Shown: positions 18,832 through 26,761 of the stretch, piece by piece | Layout of the letters: each line of letters begins with the position of its first letter | How positions within the stretch are numbered: the stretch's first letter is position 1 | Assembly (NCBI GenBank): GCA_947085205.1 | Contig: CAMTVO010000002.1 | Coordinates: 1 to 37,373, forward strand | Direction: 5' to 3' | DNA from: an uncultured Nitrospiraceae bacterium | Lineage (GTDB): Bacteria > Nitrospirota > Thermodesulfovibrionia > Thermodesulfovibrionales > Dissulfurispiraceae | Length of the DNA: 37,373 bases | Translations under genes and position numbers: made by a program | The notes under the pieces: model-generated | Database searches by the model: none | Seen by the model: only the letters and a program-made list of their open reading frames with translations | Told to the model about the DNA's origin: nothing

Positions 18832-19238
18832 TGGTCAACACGGCATACGCGCATAACGCATATACGCAGGCAAGGGTCAGGACAACGGACAATCCGGTGG
18901 AACTCGTTATTATGCTCTACGACGGCGCAATAGACTTTCTCGATAAGGCTGCCGCCGCTATGAATATGCAAGAGATAAACCCCGTTAGAGATGTATCTCT
19001 AAACGGGGTAAAGATAAAATACATAGACAAGTCAATGGCTATAATTGAAGAGCTTCTCAATTCGCTTAATTTAGAGGCCGGCGGCGAGATTGCCTTAAAC
19101 CTGCAACAACTTTACCTTTATATGACAAGGGAACTTGTCCTTGCAAATGTAGAAAACGATATAAACAAAATCAAACATGTAATTAATCTGCTTAAAGAGC
19201 TGAGGGAGGCGTGGGTTCAGATTAAAAATCAGGTATAA
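18831..19238 (+). CDS. fliS: Flagellin export chaperone FliS
   Basis: PVELVIMLYDGAI, GGEIALNLQQLYLYM, LREAW. Confidence 0.95.
   Translation: MVNTAYAHNAYTQARVRTTDNPVELVIMLYDGAIDFLDKAAAAMNMQEINPVRDVSLNGVKIKYIDKSMAIIEELLNSLNLEAGGEIALNLQQLYLYMTRELVLANVENDINKIKHVINLLKELREAWVQIKNQV
18979..19009. repeat. Short palindrome inserted in frame in fliS
   Basis: ACCCCGTTAGAGA-TGTA-TCTCTAAACGGGGT (one extra A in the right arm), flanked by TAAA; encodes NPVRDVSLNGV. Confidence 0.75.
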
Positions 19239-19294
19239 TTGCCGCTTTAGTTAAGCTTCTATAAACCATCACATGCTATTTCTTAAGCCGTTTC

Positions 19295-19303
19295 TGGTAT
19301 AAT
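19295..19303 (+). promoter_or_regulatory. Extended -10 promoter for the first motA
   Basis: TGgTATAAT 10 nt before ATG 19314; no SD. Confidence 0.6.
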
Positions 19304-19313
19304 AATCAAAGTT

Positions 19314-20072
19314 ATGGATATTGCGGCATTTTTAGGTTTAATTTTAGGACTCGGCGCTATCGTTGCCGGCAACATTATCGAGGGAGGCACTACCTCACAC
19401 CTTGTTCAGGTCGCTGCAGCGTTGATTGTTTTCGGTGGGACCTTTGGTGCAACCCTGCTGAGTTTCTCGATGAGGGATATCTTGAATGCCATTAAGGCGC
19501 TCGGTATGGTATTCGGCGGAAAGTCGTCTTCTCCTTCGGAAATAATCGAAGACATACTGGGCATCCTCATTAAAGCAAGGAAAATGGGCCTTATTGCCCT
19601 TGAGTCCGAGATCAAGAATATAGATAACCCATTCTTAAGAAAAGGATTGAACCTTGTCGTAGATGGAATGTCCCCTGCAATGATAAAGGACATCCTTTAT
19701 CAGGAAGTGACAACATACGAGGAAAAGATGAAAAATGCGTCAAAGGTGTTTGAGGCTGCCGGAGGTTATGCCCCTACAATAGGCATACTCGGCGCTGTTC
19801 TCGGCCTTATCCAGGTTATGAGGAATGTTACGGACCCTTCTAAAATAGGCAGCGGCATAGCGGTTGCCTTTGTCGCGACCATATACGGCGTGGGGTCTGC
19901 AAACCTTATATTACTGCCGATTGCAACGAAGGTAATGAACAGGCTGAAGGAAGAGGTATTTATCCGCGAGTTGATTATAGAGGGGATTATAGGCGTGGAG
20001 AGCGGCATGAACCCTTATTTCCTTAAGACGAGATTGAATGCTTTCTTAGCAGAACATGAAAAAACAGAGTAA
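19314..20072 (+). CDS. motA: Flagellar stator A subunit, short MotC/PomA-like type
   Basis: AAALIVFGGT, ARKMGLIALE, GGYAPTIGILGAVLGLI, AFVATIYGV. Confidence 0.9.
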   Translation: MDIAAFLGLILGLGAIVAGNIIEGGTTSHLVQVAAALIVFGGTFGATLLSFSMRDILNAIKALGMVFGGKSSSPSEIIEDILGILIKARKMGLIALESEIKNIDNPFLRKGLNLVVDGMSPAMIKDILYQEVTTYEEKMKNASKVFEAAGGYAPTIGILGAVLGLIQVMRNVTDPSKIGSGIAVAFVATIYGVGSANLILLPIATKVMNRLKEEVFIRELIIEGIIGVESGMNPYFLKTRLNAFLAEHEKTE

Positions 20073-20074
20073 CA

Positions 20075-20713
20075 ATGAGAAGAAGACGCAGAAAAGAAGA
20101 AGGGCAGGAAAACATACACAGATGGCTGATATCATACGCCGATTTCATGACACTGCTGTTTACTTTTTTTGTTGCGCTTTATGCGCTCTCTACAATGGAT
20201 ATGTCGAAGGTTGATAGGTTCTCAGGGTCTTTAAAGCAGGCGTTTAAGGTGATAGACGAGCCTATCCCATTGTATGAGGACAGAAACAGGGCTGTTATTG
20301 AGGATTTGAGAAAGCTCATCACTGATGTTTCAGGCGTATCCGTAAAGAGCGACCCGAGGGGTGTGGTAGTAACATTTTCCGACGGTGTGCTTTTTGCTTC
20401 AGGCTCGGCAGAACTAAAACGAGAGATATTTGGTGTCCTTGAGAAACTTTCAAAAAAGTTGAATACGGCGCCCGGAAGGATTATAATAGAAGGCCATACG
20501 GATAATGTGCCCATATCGGGAGGGAAGTATTCCTCCAACTGGGAGCTTTCCACTGCGAGGGCAGCAAGTGTCCTTAATTTTTTTATTACCAAGGGAATTG
20601 ATCCTAATAGGTTTTCCATAGCTGGTTATGCAGAATACAGACCATTGACAAGTAATGAGACAGAGGAAGGAAGAGCAAAGAACAGAAGGGTAGAGCTTGT
20701 GATAAGTCAGTAG
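20075..20713 (+). CDS. motB: Flagellar stator B subunit (MotD-like, short, OmpA-like domain)
   Basis: RWLISYADFMTLL with conserved Asp; EGHTDN, NWELSTARA, NRRVE. Confidence 0.9.
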   Translation: MRRRRRKEEGQENIHRWLISYADFMTLLFTFFVALYALSTMDMSKVDRFSGSLKQAFKVIDEPIPLYEDRNRAVIEDLRKLITDVSGVSVKSDPRGVVVTFSDGVLFASGSAELKREIFGVLEKLSKKLNTAPGRIIIEGHTDNVPISGGKYSSNWELSTARAASVLNFFITKGIDPNRFSIAGYAEYRPLTSNETEEGRAKNRRVELVISQ

Positions 20714-20827
20714 TATAAACTCGTTGAACGTTATAGAGTTATGGCGTGAAAGTTAAAGAAAGTGTTATTTTAAATAAATCATCAAATGCTATAACACAAT
20801 AACGCAGCAAAGTTTGGGAGTGAAATA

Positions 20828-21385
20828 ATGAGAATGGAAGATGAAAAACATGCTGGGATGAGGGAATTTTCGAGAGTAGACGCACATATCCCTATCGAAG
20901 TACGACTTGTGCCGTCTGAAGAACGTCAGAATATACGTTCTAAAATTTCAGGGGAAACTATTCTGGCCGAATTCCAGACATTGACCGATCTGGAAGACAA
21001 ACTCCTTTCTGACTGGTTGAAGATGCTGAATGCAAAGCTCGATTCCATTATTAATATGCTTACCTTTCAGCGGGAAGGGTTCTGTTCACTGCCGTTCAGC
21101 AGGGTTAACATCAGTGGCGGCGGTTTGAATTTTTCTTCTTCAGAAAGATACAAGTTAGGTGATGTCCTCGAAATGAAAATGATGCTTCCCATGATACCTC
21201 CTGTCGCCCTTTATATTTATGGGGAGGTTGTCAAAATTGAAAAACAGATAAACAATTTCAATATTGCTGTTAAATTCATCGCAATGGACGAAGACATAAG
21301 GGATGAAATCGTAAAGTTTATCTTCAGAATGCAGAGGGAAATGCTCAGAGAGAAGAGAAAGCAAGGAGTAGGGAGTAGGGAGTAG
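20828..21385 (+). CDS. PilZ-domain (c-di-GMP-binding) protein
   Basis: REFSR (RxxxR) and NISGGG (D/NxSxxG) separated by a helical insert. Confidence 0.85.
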   Translation: MRMEDEKHAGMREFSRVDAHIPIEVRLVPSEERQNIRSKISGETILAEFQTLTDLEDKLLSDWLKMLNAKLDSIINMLTFQREGFCSLPFSRVNISGGGLNFSSSERYKLGDVLEMKMMLPMIPPVALYIYGEVVKIEKQINNFNIAVKFIAMDEDIRDEIVKFIFRMQREMLREKRKQGVGSRE

Positions 21386-21390
21386 GGAGG
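21364..21390 (+). repeat. 7-nt tandem repeat (GGGAGTA) forming the PilZ C-terminus/stop and the next SD
   Basis: aggagta gggagta gggagta gggagg, encoding GVGSRE*. Confidence 0.8.
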
Positions 21391-21399
21391 AATCGTTAG

Positions 21400-22257
21400 A
21401 TGTTTGCAATAATCGGCGCGGTAGTTGTTTTTGCCGCTGTAATCGGCGGTTATCTGATGGCAGGCGGTAATTTATCGGTGCTCTGGCAGCCTGCCGAGAT
21501 GGTTATAATCTTTGGCGCTGCTCTCGGAGGGTTTATAATCGCGTCTCCTCCTAAGGTTATAAAGATGGTTATCGGCGGCGCTTCCAAAATACTCGGCGGC
21601 AAGGCATATTCAAAAGCAGATTATATGGAAGTTTTGATGCTGATGAGCGAGATATTTTCAAAGATTAGAAAAGAGGGACTTGTCTCCATAGAGGCGGATG
21701 TGGATAATCCTCATGAGAGCAAGATATTCAGCAATTATCCGAAGTTCCTTAAAAACCATCATGCGATAGACTTGGTTGCAGATACCTTAAGAACCGTTAT
21801 GACAACCAGCATAGCTCCACATGAACTTGAATCCTTGCTGGATACGGAACTTGAAGCGCATCATGAGGAGTCCATGATTCCCTCAAAGAGCATTAACACT
21901 ATGGCTGAATCCTTCCCGGGTCTCGGTATAGTCGCTGCAGTTATGGGCGTGGTAATAACCATGCAGTATATTGATTCGCCCCCGGCGGTTTTGGGAGGAA
22001 AGATCGGCGCCGCGCTGCTGGGAACTTTTCTGGGAGTTTTGATGTGTTACGGTTTAGTAGGACCGTTGTCGAAAAATATCGAATATATAGCCACTGAAGA
22101 GAAGGAATACCTTAATGTGCTGAAAGTCGCCCTTGTGGCATTTGTAGGTGGAGCGGCCCCCCAGATAGCGGTTGAATTCGGCAGAAGGATTGTCCCTGGA
22201 AATGTAAAGCCTACATTTATAGAAGTTGAAGAAGCGTTAAGAGAATTGAAGAAATAG
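21400..22257 (+). CDS. motA: Flagellar stator A subunit, enterobacterial MotA-like type
   Basis: VIGGYLMAGG..LWQPAE, RKEGLVSIE, PGLGIVAAVMG, AVEFGR. Confidence 0.92.
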   Translation: MFAIIGAVVVFAAVIGGYLMAGGNLSVLWQPAEMVIIFGAALGGFIIASPPKVIKMVIGGASKILGGKAYSKADYMEVLMLMSEIFSKIRKEGLVSIEADVDNPHESKIFSNYPKFLKNHHAIDLVADTLRTVMTTSIAPHELESLLDTELEAHHEESMIPSKSINTMAESFPGLGIVAAVMGVVITMQYIDSPPAVLGGKIGAALLGTFLGVLMCYGLVGPLSKNIEYIATEEKEYLNVLKVALVAFVGGAAPQIAVEFGRRIVPGNVKPTFIEVEEALRELKK

Positions 22258-22321
22258 TGTCACCTAAGTTAAGCGATTTTATGAGTCAGGCACTGCACTG
22301 ACACTGTCTATGAGCTAAAAC

Positions 22322-23506
22322 ATGGCAGATAGAAAATCAACAATAATCATTAAAAAAATTAAAAAAGGCCACGAGGGCCATCACGGCGGCAGTTGGAAGG
22401 TTGCCTATGCCGACTTCGTAACTGCAATGATGGCATTTTTCCTGCTAATGTGGCTGCTTGCCATGGTCTCTCCAGAAAAGAGGGCGGCACTGGCAGAGTA
22501 TTTTAAACATTTCAGCCTTTTTGAAAAAGCAGGTCAGTCATTTATGATGGAAGGGCAGCAGCAGTTACTGCAGAAGAGTGGTTCTGAGACAAAGACCTTT
22601 GATTTTGGAGAAGGCAAAGTGGCACTCTCTCCAGAGGATTTAAAGGAGAAATTAAAGAAGGCAATTGAAGAAAAATTGAGGACATTAAAGGACCAGGCAA
22701 TTGTGGATATTTATGAGGGCGGAGTAAGGATTCAGCTTGTTGATATACAAGGAAAATCTATGTTTCTTCCTGGAAGCGCACAACTTACCCAAAGCGCTAA
22801 AGAAATATTAAAATTAGTTGGTGAAAACATAAAGGATTTGCCCAACAGGATTGCAGTTGAAGGCCATACCGATGCGGCGCCGTTAAAGGCAGGACGGATT
22901 ACAAACTGGGAGCTTTCGACAGACAGGGCATCTTCTGCAAGAAGGGAACTTGAGGTAAACGGCATAGAACCGGATAGGGTTGCAAGGGTTGTAGGGTATG
23001 CGGATACCGAGCTTTTATATAAAGACAATCCAAACGACCCGAGAAACAGAAGAATAAGTATAATTCTTTTGCAGTCAAAGCCTCAAGAGCCTAAGGCAGA
23101 GGCCAAGGCTCAGGAAGCAAAGCTGGAGCCTGTACCGCCTTCACCTCCACCTCCGCAGCTTAAACCAGAGGAGGTCAAAAAACCGCCTGTTTTGATTGAA
23201 CCGAAACAAGAATTAAAGAGGGACATCCTTGGGACGGAAATAAAACCTAAAAAACCTATCGAGGGGTTGAAGCCTCTTGGTCCTGAATTCGCTCCGCAGC
23301 AAAAGACCCAGCAGCCCATACAACCGCCAAAGCCTAAAGAGGCAAAACCGGAAGCAGTCCAGCCCGTGCCGCCACCGCCGCCTAAACCTGAAGAGGTGAA
23401 AAAGCCGGTGGAAAAACCAGTGCAGAAACAGGAGCAAAAAAAGGATTCTATAAAACCTGATATAGGCATAGAACCAATAAAACCTATTGTGCCAGTTACT
23501 CCATAG
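22322..23506 (+). CDS. motB: Flagellar stator B subunit (MotB) with long Pro/Lys/Glu-rich C-terminal extension
   Basis: HHGGSWKVAYADFVTAMMAFF, EGHTDA, NWELSTDRA, NRRISI, followed by ~140 low-complexity residues. Confidence 0.92.
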   Translation: MADRKSTIIIKKIKKGHEGHHGGSWKVAYADFVTAMMAFFLLMWLLAMVSPEKRAALAEYFKHFSLFEKAGQSFMMEGQQQLLQKSGSETKTFDFGEGKVALSPEDLKEKLKKAIEEKLRTLKDQAIVDIYEGGVRIQLVDIQGKSMFLPGSAQLTQSAKEILKLVGENIKDLPNRIAVEGHTDAAPLKAGRITNWELSTDRASSARRELEVNGIEPDRVARVVGYADTELLYKDNPNDPRNRRISIILLQSKPQEPKAEAKAQEAKLEPVPPSPPPPQLKPEEVKKPPVLIEPKQELKRDILGTEIKPKKPIEGLKPLGPEFAPQQKTQQPIQPPKPKEAKPEAVQPVPPPPPKPEEVKKPVEKPVQKQEQKKDSIKPDIGIEPIKPIVPVTP

Positions 23507-23514
23507 TAGCCCTT

Positions 23515-23655
23515 TTAATGTGCTCCGTGAATTAATATGGGGAGGCATCTGACACAGACGAGTTTTTTCTCTCCCGAATGAATGCATGAAATATAGACCC
23601 TCTCTTTGTCTGTTGCCCCGCAAACGAAGCATCTTATCTCAATATCAGCAGACAT
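23515..23655 (-). CDS. 46-aa double-CxxC microprotein (zinc-ribbon/metal-binding like), absent from the ORF track
   Basis: MSADIEIRCFVCGATDKERVYISCIHSGEKKLVCVRCLPILIHGAH*. ATG is 1 nt after the DUF1858 stop, with GGAGGGA SD 7 nt upstream. Confidence 0.8.
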   Translation of the reverse strand: MSADIEIRCFVCGATDKERVYISCIHSGEKKLVCVRCLPILIHGAH

Positions 23656-23656
23656 A

Positions 23657-23872
23657 TTAATTTCCCTCCAATTCGTTGATTTCTTTTATTACCTTTTCCG
23701 GGTCAACATTATGCATCATGGCGCCGAATCCTATGGATTCTACCTTTATGCCCGGACATGTAAAACAGCCGCTGCCAAAGTATTTTTCGATGACCTTCAT
23801 CGCAGCAGGATTTTCTTTGATAAGGTCGCCGATTACGGTGTCCCTTGTCACCTTTGTTTTTGTTGCTTCCAT
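23657..23872 (-). CDS. DUF1858-family small redox protein (hybrid cluster protein-associated type)
   Basis: VTRDTVIGDLIKENP...GCFTCPG..VESI..GAMMHNVD; AAGGAG SD. Confidence 0.85.
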   Translation of the reverse strand: MEATKTKVTRDTVIGDLIKENPAAMKVIEKYFGSGCFTCPGIKVESIGFGAMMHNVDPEKVIKEINELEGN

Positions 23873-23929
23873 AGCAGTCTCCTTTGAAGTTTATTTAGTT
23901 TTAGAATACACGAAATGCCGAATTTCTTT

Positions 23930-23945
23930 TATGACGGCGGTCATA
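23930..23945. promoter_or_regulatory. CRP/FNR-family (HcpR/Dnr-like) box 1
   Basis: TATGAC-GGCG-GTCATA palindrome, at class II distance from a -10 TATTCT (minus strand, 23908-23903). Confidence 0.7.
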
Positions 23946-23995
23946 TGACCTGAAAAATAGACGAGGAATGACAACTTTCTATGTCTATTTTTCGG

Positions 23996-24011
23996 TATGA
24001 CTTCTGTCATA
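23996..24011. promoter_or_regulatory. CRP/FNR-family (HcpR/Dnr-like) box 2
   Basis: TATGAC-TTCT-GTCATA palindrome, at class II distance from a -10 TATTAT (24033-24038). Confidence 0.7.
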
Positions 24012-24074
24012 GCATTCAGCGCTGTTTTGGGTTATTATTTTCTTAAAGTATCGGATTAAACAGGAGGACAGATT

Positions 24075-24488
24075 ATGGAAAGATTTGTAAGAAACTTTAT
24101 TGTGATGAGTATTGTGTATCTCGGGCTGGCAACATTTTTTGGAATTATCATGCTTGCCAATCCATCCTATCTTTATCTTAGATTCGTCCATTCTCACCTT
24201 AATATGCTGGGATGGGTTTCAATGATGATTTACGGGGTCGGATACCACATACTTCCGAGGTTTATGGGCAAGAAATTGAAGAGCACTAAAATAGGCGAGA
24301 TTCAGTTCTATCTTGCCAATATAGGGCTTATAGGCATGCTTTTATTTTATACCCTGCAGATAAACAATCAGGAGGTTTCTTTATACAAGGCGCTTTCTGT
24401 TGCATTCGGTCTTATGGAAGTCCTCTCCATATTTTTGTTTTTCTACAATATGCTTGCAACGCTTCTTTCGAAGGAGGATGAGGGGTGA
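24075..24488 (+). CDS. Four-TM membrane protein resembling a segment of heme-copper oxidase/NO reductase subunit I
   Basis: Four hydrophobic segments; VHSHLNMLGWVSMMIYG..YHILPRF motif; AGGAGG SD. Confidence 0.7.
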   Translation: MERFVRNFIVMSIVYLGLATFFGIIMLANPSYLYLRFVHSHLNMLGWVSMMIYGVGYHILPRFMGKKLKSTKIGEIQFYLANIGLIGMLLFYTLQINNQEVSLYKALSVAFGLMEVLSIFLFFYNMLATLLSKEDEG

Positions 24489-24549
24489 TGTATTTTTGGT
24501 CGGTTTGTTGTAAAATTTAATAGTAAATCCCACCATATAGGAGGCTTTC

Positions 24550-24780
24550 ATGAAAGAAGAAGACATCGTAGAGACCTTAAAAAAGGAGAACAAGGAATTC
24601 AGACGCATTTATCAGGAGCACAGAGAACTGGACAGCCAACTATTGCAGTTCAACAAAAAATCTTACCTTACGCCGGAAGAAGAAGCTGAGATGCACAGGA
24701 TTAAGAAGGAAAAGCTTTATAAGAAGGACAAAATAGCGGAATTGCTAAGAGAGTACAAAAAACATCATTCTATGAATTGA
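24550..24780 (+). CDS. YdcH/DUF465-family coiled-coil protein
   Basis: EFRRIYQEHRELD...IKKEKLYKKDKI; AGGAGG SD. Confidence 0.85.
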   Translation: MKEEDIVETLKKENKEFRRIYQEHRELDSQLLQFNKKSYLTPEEEAEMHRIKKEKLYKKDKIAELLREYKKHHSMN

Positions 24781-24824
24781 GTCCAAATAATGCATTTTAT
24801 ACAGGGCATGAACGGCTGAAAGTC

Positions 24825-24858
24825 TGTAACCGTTCCCCGGCTATGCTGAACAGTTACA
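24825..24858. repeat. REP-like hairpin upstream of ilvD
   Basis: TGTAACCGTTC-N12-GAACAGTTACA (10/11 bp). Confidence 0.55.
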
Positions 24859-24888
24859 AATAAAATATTGAAAGGGGATATTATTGCC

Positions 24889-26541
24889 ATGAGAAGTAAA
24901 ACAATAAAAAGCGGCATTGAGAGAATGCCGCACAGGGCGCTTCTTTACGCTACAGGCATTCCCAAAAGCGAGATGGACAAGCCTTTTATAGGCGTTGCAA
25001 CCAGTTTTACGGATATAATTCCCGGTCATATAGGCATGAGGGATCTGGAGAGGTTTATAGAAAAGGGCGTACACACAGGCGGCGGCTATCCTTTTTTCTT
25101 CGGAATCCCTGGAATATGCGACGGAATCGCTATGGGGCATAAAGGGATGCACTATTCGCTACCTTCGAGGGAATTGATTGCGGACATGGTCGAAACTATT
25201 GCAGAGGCTCACCAGCTTGACGGTCTTGTGCTCCTCACAAACTGCGACAAGATAACGCCTGGCATGCTCATGGCTGCTGCAAGGCTTAACATCCCAAGCA
25301 TCGTTGTTACCGCCGGACCTATGCTGTCTGGACATTACAGGGGCAGAAGGCTTAATCTCACAAGCGACACCTTTGAGGCTGTGGGCAAATACAAGAAGGG
25401 TCTGATAAAGGAAAATGAACTTCAGGAGCTTGAGATGTGTGCCTGTCCCGGCGCCGGCTCTTGTCAGGGGATGTACACTGCAAACACAATGGCGTGTGTT
25501 ACCGAATCGCTCGGAATGAGCCTTCCGGGGTGCGCCACAGCTCCTGCTGTTTTGGCGCATAAAAAGAGGATTGCCTTTGAGAGCGGTGTAAAGATAGTCG
25601 AATTGATAAAAAAGGGCATAACACCTAAAAAGATAATGACAGACAAGGCATTTCAAAATGCAATTACGGTTGACCTTGCTCTCGGAGGCTCTACAAATAC
25701 AGTTTTGCATATTCCTGCAATCGCCCATGAAGCAGGAGTTAAATTACCTCTTGAGGTTTTCGATGAACTGAGCAGGAAAACTCCGCATATTGCCAACATG
25801 ATTCCCGGCGGACAGCATTACATGGAAGACCTCGATTATGCCGGTGGAATTTCTGCTGTCTTGAAGAGATTGAAGGATATGCTTAATTCAAATCCAACAG
25901 TTTCCGGGAAGAATATTCTTGAGATTGCTGAACAGGCGTGTGTGATGGACGGTGATGTTATAAGACCTTTGGATAAGGCTCACCACAAGGAGGGCGGCAT
26001 TGCCATACTAAAGGGTAACCTTGCACCTCAAGGAGCTGTTGTTAAACAGACTGCTGTAAGCAAGAACATGATGAGATTTGAGGGAACTGCCAGGGTGTTT
26101 GATTCAGAGGAAGAAGGAATGAAGGCTATATTGAACGGAAATATTAAGCCGGGCGATGTGGTTGTCATAAGATACGAAGGCCCGAAGGGTGGTCCGGGCA
26201 TGAGAGAGATGCTTTCGCCTACATCAGCAATTGCCGGCATGGGACTGAACGAATCTGTGGCGCTGATAACCGACGGCAGGTTTTCGGGCGGCACGCGTGG
26301 CCCATGCATAGGCCATATATCTCCAGAGGCAATGGAAGGAGGGCCGATTGCTGCATTGAAGGATGGAGATAAAATAAGAATAGACATACCAAAAAGGAAC
26401 ATAGAAGTCCTGATTACTGATGAAGAGATGAAAAAGAGGCTCTCTTATTGGAAACAGCCAAAGCCAAAGATAAGGCACGGCTATCTTGCAAGATATGCAA
26501 AGCTTGTGAGCTCTGCCAGCAGCGGAGCGATAATGGAGTAA
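24889..26541 (+). CDS. ilvD: Dihydroxy-acid dehydratase
   Basis: [55 protein letters not shown] 24889 preferred over TTG 24868. Confidence 0.97.
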   Translation: MRSKTIKSGIERMPHRALLYATGIPKSEMDKPFIGVATSFTDIIPGHIGMRDLERFIEKGVHTGGGYPFFFGIPGICDGIAMGHKGMHYSLPSRELIADMVETIAEAHQLDGLVLLTNCDKITPGMLMAAARLNIPSIVVTAGPMLSGHYRGRRLNLTSDTFEAVGKYKKGLIKENELQELEMCACPGAGSCQGMYTANTMACVTESLGMSLPGCATAPAVLAHKKRIAFESGVKIVELIKKGITPKKIMTDKAFQNAITVDLALGGSTNTVLHIPAIAHEAGVKLPLEVFDELSRKTPHIANMIPGGQHYMEDLDYAGGISAVLKRLKDMLNSNPTVSGKNILEIAEQACVMDGDVIRPLDKAHHKEGGIAILKGNLAPQGAVVKQTAVSKNMMRFEGTARVFDSEEEGMKAILNGNIKPGDVVVIRYEGPKGGPGMREMLSPTSAIAGMGLNESVALITDGRFSGGTRGPCIGHISPEAMEGGPIAALKDGDKIRIDIPKRNIEVLITDEEMKKRLSYWKQPKPKIRHGYLARYAKLVSSASSGAIME

Positions 26542-26564
26542 CCTGTATTTAAATTAAGCGATGT

Positions 26565-26733
26565 TATGCGAGCAGGCACGGCTCAAAGTCTTTAAAAAGT
26601 GTTGTTTCAAGCGCATATTCAAAAATTATAAATGCATTACCCAATAAGTGTCCACCGATGCGGATGACGGATACAAGATAAATGTTAATATAAGTGCGGG
26701 GTTTAAAGTCTTTTCGCCGCATCTGCTCGCATA
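26565..26733. repeat. Long imperfect inverted repeat between convergent ilvD and bioB (MITE-like or structured RNA)
   Basis: 26565-26596 versus the reverse complement of 26702-26733: 26/32 identical, outer 11 bp perfect. Confidence 0.7.
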
Positions 26734-26761
26734 TTTCAGAACAAGAATCGCTCATATATAA

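Noticed and set aside
20714..20827. Degenerate GTTATRG / YATAAC 8-mer-like inverted arrays between motB and the PilZ gene
   Set aside because: Too degenerate to define units or boundaries by eye.
23110..23632. Antisense ORFs over motB2, and similar shadow ORFs over fliC, fliD, ilvD and other genes
   Set aside because: They overlap well-supported genes on the opposite strand or frame and show no motifs.
23657..23872. Selenocysteine in the DUF1858 protein or read-through at other TGA stops
   Set aside because: The CxxC codons are Cys here, and the other TGA-ending genes I checked end at their expected family C-termini.
26564..26755. 63-aa minus-strand ORF after bioB; also 6S RNA or integron attC
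   Set aside because: The ORF coincides with the inverted repeat and has no SD or motif. No 6S motifs or usual synteny were recognised. GTTATGC is present but not in the RYYYAAC...GTTRRRY attC order.
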